DNA of 64,000 nt from Clostridiales bacterium (GTDB lineage Bacteria > Bacillota > Clostridia > Christensenellales > Pumilibacteraceae): NCBI GenBank assembly GCA_022508505.1, contig JAFLVC010000010.1, positions 6,055 to 70,054 of the forward strand, read 5' to 3'. A model generated the notes under the pieces. The model saw nothing but the letters and a program-made list of their open reading frames with translations. It was not told the DNA's origin and did not search any database. This document shows, piece after piece, positions 47,627 to 56,095 of the stretch (position 1 is the stretch's first letter; the number at the start of each line of letters is the position of its first letter). The position numbers were made by a program, and so were the translations under genes.

Positions 47627-49276
47627 GTGCAAAAGTCAATTAACGGCGCTACGTTTCGCAAGATGATTCTCAACGGCGCGAAACTGTTGGACGCCAACAA
47701 AAACCATGTAAACGAACTAAATGTTTTCCCGGTTCCCGACGGCGATACCGGTACCAATATGTCTATGACAATGCTTTCCGCTTCCAAGGAAGTGGGAGCT
47801 TGTCCGACCAACAACATGCCCGAGCTTTGCAGTGCCGTTGCAAAAGGCGCGCTCAGGGGCGCTCGCGGTAACAGCGGCGTAATTCTCAGTCAGATACTCA
47901 AGGGCATGACCAAGGTGCTTTCGCAGAGCACCGAGCTCACCGCAAAGACGTTTGCAAAGGCGTTTGCGGAGGGCACCGAAGTAGCGTACAAAGCAGTTAC
48001 AAAACCCAAAGAAGGAACAATACTCACAGTTATACGCGCGATATCCGAAGGCGCCGAAAAGGCGGCCAAAAAGAACGTAGAGCTCAAAGACTTTTTTACG
48101 GCGGTCATTGACGCCGGCGAGGCGATGCTGAGGCGCACGCCCGAAATGTTGCCCGTTCTCAAGACGGCAGGTGTCGTCGACGCGGGCGGTCGCGGACTTT
48201 TGATACTGCTTCAGGGCTTCAACAACGTTCTCCTCGGCGCGGAAGAGGAGACAAGTCTCGAATTCGACGACGCTTACAAGGCTACACCGACAGCCGACGA
48301 TCCGTACGGCGAGCAGGCTCATCTCAATTATAACGATCTTGCCGATATCGAATACGCATACTGCACCGAGTTCTTTATCGTCAACATATACAAAAAGACC
48401 ACGGAAGCCGATATCGACTTGTTCAGAGATAAGCTTTTGAGCCTCGGCGATTGCGTGCTCGTAATAGGCGACCTCAACATGGTCAAGGTTCACGTGCATT
48501 CAAACGCGCCCGGTCAGGTGTTGACGTATGCGCTTGAGCTCGGCGAGCTCGATCACCTTAAGATTGAGAATATGCTTCAACAAAACCGCGAGCTCAAAAA
48601 CCAGAAGAAGGAAGACCTTAAACCCTTCGGTCTTGTCTCTGTTTGTGCCGGTGACGGTCTTACCGCGATATTCAAGGACCTTTTGGTCGACAACATAATC
48701 GAGGGCGGACAGACAATGAACCCTTCCGCCGACGATATAGCCAAGGCGTGTGACGCAGTCAAGGCAAAGGACATTTTCGTTTTCCCCAACAACAAGAATA
48801 TAATCCTCGCCGCAGACCAAGCAAAAGCGCTCTCAAAGCGCAATATCCACGTCATTCCTACGGCTAACATTCCGCAGGGGCTTTCCGCGGTGCTCGCTTT
48901 CAATCCCGAGGACACCGTCGACGGCAACCTTCAAAATATGAACGACGCGATTGGCGGAGTGCGTTCAGGTTCGGTTACCTACGCCGTCAGAAGCACGCAG
49001 ATAGGCAACTTCGACCTCAAAGAAGGCGATATAATCGGCATGGACGCAAAGGACATAGTCGCAAAAGGCGACAGCGTCAGCGAGGTTACCGAACATCTCA
49101 TTGACAAGATGATGGACGACGACATAAGCTGTATATCGCTGTATTTCGGCAACGACGTCACCGAGTCCGACGCCAACGCCATTGCCGCAGACATCATGAA
49201 AAAGTACCGCTCCTGCGACGTAGACGTGCATTACGGCGGTCAGCCGCTCTATTACTTTATCGTTTCGCTCGAATAA
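47627..49276 (+). CDS. fakA: DAK2-domain fatty acid kinase subunit A (YloV/FakA)
   Basis: NELNVFPVPDGDTGTNM, GARGNSGVILSQ, PKEGTILTV, VVDAGG, YCTEF, KVHVH, GGQTMNPS, GGQPLYYFIVSLE; canonical rpmB/yloU/yloV/recG context. Confidence 0.95.
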   Translation: MQKSINGATFRKMILNGAKLLDANKNHVNELNVFPVPDGDTGTNMSMTMLSASKEVGACPTNNMPELCSAVAKGALRGARGNSGVILSQILKGMTKVLSQSTELTAKTFAKAFAEGTEVAYKAVTKPKEGTILTVIRAISEGAEKAAKKNVELKDFFTAVIDAGEAMLRRTPEMLPVLKTAGVVDAGGRGLLILLQGFNNVLLGAEEETSLEFDDAYKATPTADDPYGEQAHLNYNDLADIEYAYCTEFFIVNIYKKTTEADIDLFRDKLLSLGDCVLVIGDLNMVKVHVHSNAPGQVLTYALELGELDHLKIENMLQQNRELKNQKKEDLKPFGLVSVCAGDGLTAIFKDLLVDNIIEGGQTMNPSADDIAKACDAVKAKDIFVFPNNKNIILAADQAKALSKRNIHVIPTANIPQGLSAVLAFNPEDTVDGNLQNMNDAIGGVRSGSVTYAVRSTQIGNFDLKEGDIIGMDAKDIVAKGDSVSEVTEHLIDKMMDDDISCISLYFGNDVTESDANAIAADIMKKYRSCDVDVHYGGQPLYYFIVSLE

Positions 49277-49314
49277 TTTTTACCGCCTAAACATGGCGCA
49301 ACGCAATAGAAAAA

Positions 49315-51288
49315 TTGGAACTTTGCGAGATTAAGGGAATCGGCGCCAAGCGCGTCCAATCATTGAACGAGTCCGGAATATACACTCCGTCCGATTTGCT
49401 GTTGCGTTTTCCCGATAAATACATATATAAAGACACCAAAATAGACAGAAACGTGCGCGAGGGGCAGGAAATTTCGTTCGTCGGCACGGTAGTAAGCGAG
49501 GCCTCTCGACGGTTTATACGTCGGGGGCTTACTGTTGTGAGCTGCTGTTTGGAAAATAACGGCATAAAGATCAAGTGCAGTTGGTTCAATCAGCCGTACG
49601 CCGCGCGAAACCTCAAGCTCGGTGATAGGGTATACGCGTGCGGAAAGGTCAAAAAATTCGGAAGTTCGTTGCAGCTTACAAACCCGACCTTTATGACGCC
49701 GCAAGATGGCGACGGTGATATTGTGCCCGTTTACAGGACTACGATTCCGTCGCGGGCGTTTGCTTCTGCGGTGAGGACTGCGCTCGACAATGTAAGAGTT
49801 AACAGCTTTATTCCAAATAATTTAGGCGACAAGTACGGCATCATGCCGCTCGGCGAGGCGCTAAAGACAGTTCACTGCCCATCCGATGTGCAGGCGCTTA
49901 AAAGGGCGAGGCGTTCGGTAGCAGTCGAGAATATGAGCTATGTCGTCACGTCGTACCGATTGCTTAAGGACGACGCGCGCGACTTTTCGTACCGCGCAAA
50001 AAGTGAGTGCATAGACGATTACGTCAACAGTCTGTCGTACCCGCTGACGCCCGACCAAAAGAACGCCGTCGACGCGATAATATCTTCAATGAAGTCGGAC
50101 AAATTGATGAACATGCTCGTTCAAGGCGAGGTGGGCTGCGGAAAGACGGCGGTCGCAATGTGCGCCATGTATTTTGCCGCACGAAGCGGGTATCAGTCGG
50201 CAATCATGACGCCTACCGAAGTGCTTGCGCGGCAGCATTACGATACGATGGTAAAGGTGTTGGAGCCGCTTGGAATAAAAACGCAGTTGCTTTGCGCGTC
50301 TATGAATAAGGTTCAGCGCGAAACGGCGCTTTTCAATATAAGATACGGTGCGGCGAGCTGCATTGTCGGAACGCAGTCGCTTATCGGCGACGACATCGAA
50401 TACGACGATCTCAGGCTCGTAATAGTCGACGAACAACAGCGCTTCGGAGTCAACCAGCGCGCAAAGTTGGAGAGCAAGGGCAAAAAAACGGACATGATAG
50501 TCATGACTGCAACGCCCATTCCGCGCACACTCGCGCTTTCGCTTTACGGCGAACTTCAGCAGACTGAAATTCGCACTATGCCGAGTAACCGTCCCGTCAT
50601 TCATACGGCAACCGTGCCTCCGCAAAAGATTGATGGAATGTATAAATACATAAAGGAACGCGCTGCGCTCGACGAGCGTACGTATATAATTTGCCCGCGC
50701 ATAGAGGGAGCGGACGACGACATAACGGGTGTGGAAGAGATTTACGGCAAGCTCAAAAAATCGCCGCTCGCCGATATTACAGGCTGCGTTCACGGCAAGA
50801 TGAAGGACGCCGAGCGCAACGAGATTATGGCGGCGTTTAAACGCGGCAAGATAAAGGTTTTGGTGTCGACGACGGTGGTCGAGGTGGGAATTGACGTTCC
50901 CGAAGCGACTACGGTCGTAATTTACGATGCGGAAAGATTCGGGCTGTCGCAGCTTCATCAGATACGCGGAAGAGTTGGGCGCGGTACAAAGGAATCGTAC
51001 TGCTTTTTGATAAGCGAGAACGGCACGCCGGAGAGCGACGCTCGGCTCAAGCAGTTTTGCGGCATGACGGACGGGTTTTCTGTTTCCGAGCTCGATTTCA
51101 AGCTTCGCGGCGCGGGAGATTTTGTGGGATTGCGTCAGCACGGAAACGGCTCGCTCGAAATAGACGAGGATATAATCGAGCGGTCGCGGGCGCTTTCGGA
51201 CGCTGTTATTGCCGACGGAAGCTCGTGCGCCGCGATCATTCGGTCGCTGAAAGCGCCGGAGTTTATTCGTTCGGTGACGATGAACTGA
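49315..51288 (+). CDS. recG: ATP-dependent DNA helicase RecG
   Basis: IKGIGAKR, QGEVGCGKT, PTEVLARQH, VDEQQRFGV, MTATPIPRTL, ERFGLSQLHQIRGRVGRG, RGAGDF. Confidence 0.96.
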   Translation: MELCEIKGIGAKRVQSLNESGIYTPSDLLLRFPDKYIYKDTKIDRNVREGQEISFVGTVVSEASRRFIRRGLTVVSCCLENNGIKIKCSWFNQPYAARNLKLGDRVYACGKVKKFGSSLQLTNPTFMTPQDGDGDIVPVYRTTIPSRAFASAVRTALDNVRVNSFIPNNLGDKYGIMPLGEALKTVHCPSDVQALKRARRSVAVENMSYVVTSYRLLKDDARDFSYRAKSECIDDYVNSLSYPLTPDQKNAVDAIISSMKSDKLMNMLVQGEVGCGKTAVAMCAMYFAARSGYQSAIMTPTEVLARQHYDTMVKVLEPLGIKTQLLCASMNKVQRETALFNIRYGAASCIVGTQSLIGDDIEYDDLRLVIVDEQQRFGVNQRAKLESKGKKTDMIVMTATPIPRTLALSLYGELQQTEIRTMPSNRPVIHTATVPPQKIDGMYKYIKERAALDERTYIICPRIEGADDDITGVEEIYGKLKKSPLADITGCVHGKMKDAERNEIMAAFKRGKIKVLVSTTVVEVGIDVPEATTVVIYDAERFGLSQLHQIRGRVGRGTKESYCFLISENGTPESDARLKQFCGMTDGFSVSELDFKLRGAGDFVGLRQHGNGSLEIDEDIIERSRALSDAVIADGSSCAAIIRSLKAPEFIRSVTMN

Positions 51289-51289
51289 A

Positions 51290-52933
51290 ATGCGCGCGGT
51301 CAACTTTAGGGCGTTTTTAATAATTTCCGCTTTCGTGACCGGCGCCGTATTGTGCTCGTATTTGTATATGTGCTTTAAAACGGCAGGCATAGTCGTCGGC
51401 GCTGTGTATCTTACGGCGCTCGCGGCGCTTGCCGTTGTTTTTATTATAAGATTTGTAAAAAGCAAGGCAAAATTGAGGATGGCGGTGACGTTCGGGCTTT
51501 CGCTCGTCCTCTCTCTTCTTGCGTTTTGCTTTGGCGCGGCTTACGTCAATTCACGCGCCGAAAGCATGAAAAACGGTGGTTATCACTACGTAGTGGGCAG
51601 AGTTTGCGCTGTAGATATAAGAAACGGAAGATACAGAATAGATCTAGAGGACCTCGTGTTCGACGGAAAGGAGCATGACGGCATTTTGCGAATAACCGTA
51701 AGAGCGAGCGACAACAACGTCGCCGAGACGGTACAGTGCGGCGACGGATTGTCGTTTAATGCAAAGGTGTCGTGCAAACAGCTCGTTTCGGACGGTAAGG
51801 TAGACGGCACGTCGTACCGAACCGATATAATATACACCGCTACGGTAAGCTCTGACGAAATCAAGGTAATATTCGGTGAGCCGTCGCCGATAGAAAGCTT
51901 TTTGTCGGGACTGCGCGAGCTTTTGACAAAGAACATGGGCGATAAGTACGGAAATATTGCGTTTTCCATGCTGACAGGCGACAAGCACGCACTCGGATAC
52001 GACGTAACCGATTATTATTCTGCTGCGGGGCTTGGGCATATAATGGCGGTGTCGGGATTGCATATCGGCTTTTTGGTCGTATTGTTAAACATCATCTTGG
52101 CGCGTGTGGGAAGAAAGACGCGTTTTGGAATCATTGCCGCTTTTCTTGTCGTGTACGTAGTGATTGCCGACTTTTCGCCGTCTGTGGTGCGCGCGGCAAT
52201 CATGTGCGTTATTGCGATGTTTTCTGTATTCGTGGGCGGAAGGCGGGACATACTGTCGGCGGTGCTGTGTGCGTATTCATTTATATTGGCGTTTAAGCCG
52301 CTGTATCTGTTTGAAGTCGGGTTTGTGCTAAGCTTCGGCGCGATTTTCGGCATTGCGCTGTTCGCGCGTACGTTCGCTCGCGGAATGGAAAATCACGGAA
52401 TCCACCGCAAGATAGGGAATGCGGTCGGCGCGTCCGCTTCCGTTCAAATCGGCATTGTGCCGGCCGAAACATACTTTTTCGGGAAGATTCAGACGCTTGC
52501 ACTCATAGTAAACGTCATACTCATTCCGTATATTGCGGTCGTGTTCGTTTCAATCGTCATATTTTCGATAATCGGCGCGATTCCAGGCATCGGCGCAGTG
52601 CTCGTCGTGCCGAAATATCTGCTCGTTCCGATCGACTATATTGCGCAGGGAATCGCAGCCGTCCCGTATTCGACGTTTTACGTCAATACAACAGCCGCCG
52701 CGTTTTTATGCTATCCCGTCATGTTCGTCGCGAGCGAATACTTTATGATGAATAGGGGCAAACTCGCGGTGATTTTGGCTTCAATCGCGGTCTGTTTTGC
52801 GTTTTTGTGCATAAATACGGGAAAACCTTCCGCCAAGTACTATGCAGAAACAGGTAAGACTATAGTCGCAGCTGCTTATGATGTCGAAATTTTGCCAAAC
52901 AATCCGCTTAAAAATATCAGATTAGAGATGTAG
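51290..52933 (+). CDS. comEC: ComEC/Rec2-family competence protein (OB + competence domains, no C-terminal beta-lactamase-like domain)
   Basis: AGLGHIMAVSGLHIG, SPSVVRAAIM, GFVLSF; protein ends about 40 aa after the last TM helix. Confidence 0.85.
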   Translation: MRAVNFRAFLIISAFVTGAVLCSYLYMCFKTAGIVVGAVYLTALAALAVVFIIRFVKSKAKLRMAVTFGLSLVLSLLAFCFGAAYVNSRAESMKNGGYHYVVGRVCAVDIRNGRYRIDLEDLVFDGKEHDGILRITVRASDNNVAETVQCGDGLSFNAKVSCKQLVSDGKVDGTSYRTDIIYTATVSSDEIKVIFGEPSPIESFLSGLRELLTKNMGDKYGNIAFSMLTGDKHALGYDVTDYYSAAGLGHIMAVSGLHIGFLVVLLNIILARVGRKTRFGIIAAFLVVYVVIADFSPSVVRAAIMCVIAMFSVFVGGRRDILSAVLCAYSFILAFKPLYLFEVGFVLSFGAIFGIALFARTFARGMENHGIHRKIGNAVGASASVQIGIVPAETYFFGKIQTLALIVNVILIPYIAVVFVSIVIFSIIGAIPGIGAVLVVPKYLLVPIDYIAQGIAAVPYSTFYVNTTAAAFLCYPVMFVASEYFMMNRGKLAVILASIAVCFAFLCINTGKPSAKYYAETGKTIVAAAYDVEILPNNPLKNIRLEM

Positions 52934-52969
52934 AAAACGCGGCACGGCGATATGTAAACGGCATTATCG

Positions 52970-53563
52970 TTATGCCGTTTTGATGGGAAGATACAGCCTC
53001 GGCAGCATTATTCGGTAATCGTCGTTTCTCGCAAGCACTATCACGTTTCCGTTTTCGAAAACCATAATTTTTCCGTTTTCGAGCACTTCGCCGTACAGGC
53101 AGTCGGAAACGTAAACATTGTGCGCCGTACTGTCGAGCGGCTCGTCGTAGTACAAAGTCAAGCCGCCGCCCGAGTGAAGATACCAATTGCCGTAGTGCAC
53201 GGCTTTAACGCCGTCGGTTACTACCGTCATGTCGTAGGTGTTGTCGTCGCGCAGGGTGAGCGAGTAGCTCAAAGTGTCGTCTTTTTGCTTGTCGCGGTCG
53301 GAATGAACGTATTCCGCCGAATATTCTCCGGCAAGGCTTCTCATTCTGCGCCTAACGCCGAAAATGGGGCGAGATTGCCCAAGCCTCACTTCTTTTTCGG
53401 GCTCGACCTCTATCGCGCCGCTGTTTTTATCGGTTTCGGTCACCTCTGTTTTGGCGCGCGTAGTTATTGTGTTTGTGGAGGCATGGGGCTTGGGAACGCC
53501 GCAACCGACAAGGGCGGACGATACGGCGGAAATCGCAAGAATAGCCGACAGAGTTTTTTTCAT
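52970..53563 (-). CDS. Hypothetical lipoprotein (lipocalin-like beta-rich domain)
   Basis: GAGG SD; signal peptide with lipobox LVG-C; YSLTLRDDNTYDM...YGNWYL pattern. Confidence 0.7.
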   Translation of the reverse strand: MKKTLSAILAISAVSSALVGCGVPKPHASTNTITTRAKTEVTETDKNSGAIEVEPEKEVRLGQSRPIFGVRRRMRSLAGEYSAEYVHSDRDKQKDDTLSYSLTLRDDNTYDMTVVTDGVKAVHYGNWYLHSGGGLTLYYDEPLDSTAHNVYVSDCLYGEVLENGKIMVFENGNVIVLARNDDYRIMLPRLYLPIKTA

Positions 53564-53589
53564 AGTTCACCTCGCGTTATCTTTTTGTT

Positions 53590-53619
53590 TAGTGTCTTTT
53601 TCGCGTCATGTTTTTATAC
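53590..53619 (-). promoter_or_regulatory. sigmaF/sigmaG-like promoter for the lipoprotein gene
   Basis: GTATA-N18-GACACTA on the minus strand. Confidence 0.4.
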
Positions 53620-53696
53620 CTAATTTGTTTTTAAAAAACTTTTGCGTATTCGATAAAAACGGTTGACAAAGACGTGCGGTGAGGTATATAATGACA

Positions 53697-53795
53697 ATGC
53701 AAGCAGATTTATCTCACCGTTCGGGCTTGCTCGGAACGGTTAATCGAATAAATTTTTCGATGCGAGTATATTTGTTTGCGCTCGCATTTTTTATT
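53697..53795 (+). promoter_or_regulatory. L20 leader (ribosomal-protein autoregulatory attenuator) of infC-rpmI-rplT
   Basis: Follows TTGACA-N18-TATAAT; starts AAGCAGA..TCTCACC; terminator ATGCGAGT...GCTCGCAT-TTTTT at 53760-53792. Confidence 0.75.
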
Positions 53796-53812
53796 TTCGG
53801 GAGGAAATAACC

Positions 53813-54325
53813 ATTTTTAAAGAGCTTGTTACAAACGACGGGATTGCCGACAATCTCGAAGTGAGAGTTAAGGACGAAACGGGCGCAATGCTCGGCATCA
53901 TGCGCGCTCAAGAGGCTAAATCTATAGCCGACGAACGCAGACTCGATCTCGTATTGATAACGCCCAACGCTCAGCCGCCGGTCTGCCAAATCATGGACTA
54001 CGGCAAGTTCCGTTTCGACGCGACGAAAAAGGCCAAGGACGCGGCCAAAAATCAGAAAAAGACCGACCTTAAAGAAATACGACTTTCTATCACGATAGAC
54101 AAGGGCGATCTTGCGACAAAGGCCAAGCAAGCTACTAAATTCCTTACCGACGGCGACAAGGTAAAAGTTACCATCCGCATGCGCGGCAGACAGCAGGCGC
54201 GGCCGCAGATGGGCGTCGACGTAATGAACACGTTTTACGAGGCCGTTAAGGACGTGGCGGTAATAGACCGTAAGCCCTCGGTCGACGGCAGGAGTATCTT
54301 TATGATTCTCGTGCCCAACAAATAA
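53813..54325 (+). CDS. infC: Translation initiation factor IF-3, ATT start codon
   Basis: GGAGG at 53800-04, in-frame ATT 8 nt later; LDLVLI.PNAQPPVCQIMDYGKF, KEIRLS, DKVKVTIRMRGR. Confidence 0.96.
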   Translation: MFKELVTNDGIADNLEVRVKDETGAMLGIMRAQEAKSIADERRLDLVLITPNAQPPVCQIMDYGKFRFDATKKAKDAAKNQKKTDLKEIRLSITIDKGDLATKAKQATKFLTDGDKVKVTIRMRGRQQARPQMGVDVMNTFYEAVKDVAVIDRKPSVDGRSIFMILVPNK

Positions 54326-54356
54326 TAAGCAATAAATTTTCCGGAGGAATACAAAT

Positions 54357-54554
54357 ATGCCCAAAATGAAGAGCCACAGCGGCGCGAAAAAGCGCTTTCG
54401 CGTAACCGCAAACGGCAGAGTAAAAAGAGCGCAGCAAGGCAAAAACCACATTCTCAACAAGAAACCGAGAAAGCGCATCATGAGATTGCGTCAGGGTGCT
54501 TACCTTAAATCGGCTAAGCAAGAGAAGACTATTCGCAACATGGCGCAGAAGTAA
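54357..54554 (+). CDS. rpmI: 50S ribosomal protein L35
   Basis: [17 protein letters not shown]. Confidence 0.98.
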   Translation: MPKMKSHSGAKKRFRVTANGRVKRAQQGKNHILNKKPRKRIMRLRQGAYLKSAKQEKTIRNMAQK

Positions 54555-54565
54555 GGAGGCAGATC

Positions 54566-54922
54566 ATGAGAATAAAAAGAGCAGTCAACGCAGTAAAAAA
54601 GCGTAGAAAGATTTTTAAGCTGTCCAAGGGCTATTTCGGCTCTAAGTCTCGTTCGTACCGCATTGCTCGTCAAGCGGTTATGAAGTCGCAGATGTATGCA
54701 TACATCGGCCGTCGCCTGAAGAAGCGCGATTTCCGTTCGCTTTGGATTGCGCGTATCAACGCCGCCGCGCGTTTGAACGGTCTTTCGTACTCAAAGCTCA
54801 TGCACGGGCTCAAAGTAGCCGGCATCGACCTCAACCGCAAGGTGCTTGCGGACATTGCGGTAAACGACGCGGAAGCGTTTAAGGCTCTCGCCGAAAAGGC
54901 GTCCGCCGCCATCGCGAAATAA
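54566..54922 (+). CDS. rplT: 50S ribosomal protein L20
   Basis: [38 protein letters not shown]. Confidence 0.98.
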   Translation: MRIKRAVNAVKKRRKIFKLSKGYFGSKSRSYRIARQAVMKSQMYAYIGRRLKKRDFRSLWIARINAAARLNGLSYSKLMHGLKVAGIDLNRKVLADIAVNDAEAFKALAEKASAAIAK

Positions 54923-54927
54923 AATAT

Positions 54928-54960
54928 AAGCGGAGCGTCATAAAAAGCGCTCCGTTTTAT
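54928..54960 (+). terminator. Intrinsic terminator after rplT
   Basis: AAGCGGAGCG...CGCTCCGTTT plus TAT. Confidence 0.8.
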
Positions 54961-54993
54961 ATTATGCCGCAAGTAGAAGCGGGAAGAGTCAAT

Positions 54994-55728
54994 ATGGAAG
55001 TAATAACGTCGATATCAAACGCAATCGTAAAGCGAATCAATAAGCTGAAGCAAAAAAAATACCGCGACGAAGCGGGCGAGTTTATAGTCGAGGGACTCAG
55101 AAACGTTCGCGACACCGCGGAAGCTACTCCGCAATCGGTTGTCGCCGTAATTCTCGGTGAGAGCTCGTATAAAAAGTACGGCGCCGAGTTTTCGGCGTTT
55201 TCGGTGTCGGTGGTTTCGGACGCAATCGTCGAAAAGCTGTCGGACGCCGAGAGCAGTCAGGGCGTCATTTCGATAAACAGGAAAAAGCAGTCCGAGTTTC
55301 CGTCGGGAAGATGCGTGCTTCTCGACAGAGTGCGCGATCCTGGGAACGTAGGGACGATTTTGCGCACGGCGGTTGCTGCGGGGTATGACGTCGTGCTCGA
55401 CGGCTGCTGCGATATTTATTCGCCCAAGGTGGTTAGAAGCGGCATGTCGGCTGTGTTGAAGTGCCGCATAAGTGAGGATATTTCCGTTGCCGAACTTAAA
55501 GCGGCGGGCTACGAGATTATAGTTGCCGACATGAACGGCGAGGATATTTTCGACGCGGCAAAGCCGATCGGCAAGTACTGCATAGTGATAGGCAACGAGG
55601 CGGACGGCGTGAGCGACGAGATAGCAAACGCCGCCGACCGCATTATCGCCATTCCGCAGTCAGGCGTCGAGTCATTAAACGCCGCCGTCGCCGCAGGCGT
55701 GATGATGTTCGTGCTCGGCAGGAAGTAA
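54994..55728 (+). CDS. TrmH/SpoU-family RNA 2'-O-methyltransferase
   Basis: ITSISNAIVK, FIVEG, DPGNVGTILRTA, IGNEADGVS, ESLNAAVAAG. Confidence 0.93.
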   Translation: MEVITSISNAIVKRINKLKQKKYRDEAGEFIVEGLRNVRDTAEATPQSVVAVILGESSYKKYGAEFSAFSVSVVSDAIVEKLSDAESSQGVISINRKKQSEFPSGRCVLLDRVRDPGNVGTILRTAVAAGYDVVLDGCCDIYSPKVVRSGMSAVLKCRISEDISVAELKAAGYEIIVADMNGEDIFDAAKPIGKYCIVIGNEADGVSDEIANAADRIIAIPQSGVESLNAAVAAGVMMFVLGRK

Positions 55729-56026
55729 AACCGTATGCCGACAGCGGTTGCAGGCGTGGCGTCGACTAATTTCTAACGACACGAAATTCCTCGGCGTAAT
55801 AATGTTCGTGCTCGGCAGTAAGTAAAGCCGTATACCGACAGCGGTTGCAGTCGTGGCGTCGACAAATTTCTAACGACACGAAATTCCTCGGGTGTATTAA
55901 TGTTCGTGCTCGGCATGAAGTAAAACCGTATACCGACAGCGATTGCAGTCGTAGCGTTGACAAATTTCTAACATCACGAAATTTCTCGGGTGTAACCTCA
56001 AATACTTACGGCAGCAAACACACGAC
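55704..56026 (+). repeat. Intergenic repeat family, locus C: three tandem 97-98 bp units, the first overlapping the methyltransferase 3' end
   Basis: Units start at 55704, 55801, 55899 with ATGTTCGTGCTCGGCA..AAGTAAA.CCGTATRCCGACAGCGRTTGCAG.CGTRGCGTYGAC.AATTTCTAAC..CACGAAATT.CTCGG; last unit continues GGGTGTAAC-N23-ACACGAC. Confidence 0.9.
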
Positions 56027-56037
56027 ACTTAAAATAT

Positions 56038-56066
56038 TTGACAAATAATACTATATATAGTACAAT
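56038..56066 (+). promoter_or_regulatory. sigmaA promoter of yebC-lysA
   Basis: TTGACA-N17-TACAAT. Confidence 0.75.
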
Positions 56067-56095
56067 TGAAATAATCTGAAAACACGGAGTAGTTT

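Noticed and set aside
53813-53815. ATT start of infC as a novelty
   Set aside because: Well-established IF3 autoregulation; listed as a feature only
55704-56026. Tandem array as a CRISPR locus
   Set aside because: Whole 97-98 bp units are near-identical, there are no unique spacers, and no cas genes are in the window
55766-56048. Short ORFs across repeat locus C (55766-55963 minus, 55845-56048 plus)
   Set aside because: They are translations of the repeat; the frames are not kept between units or loci
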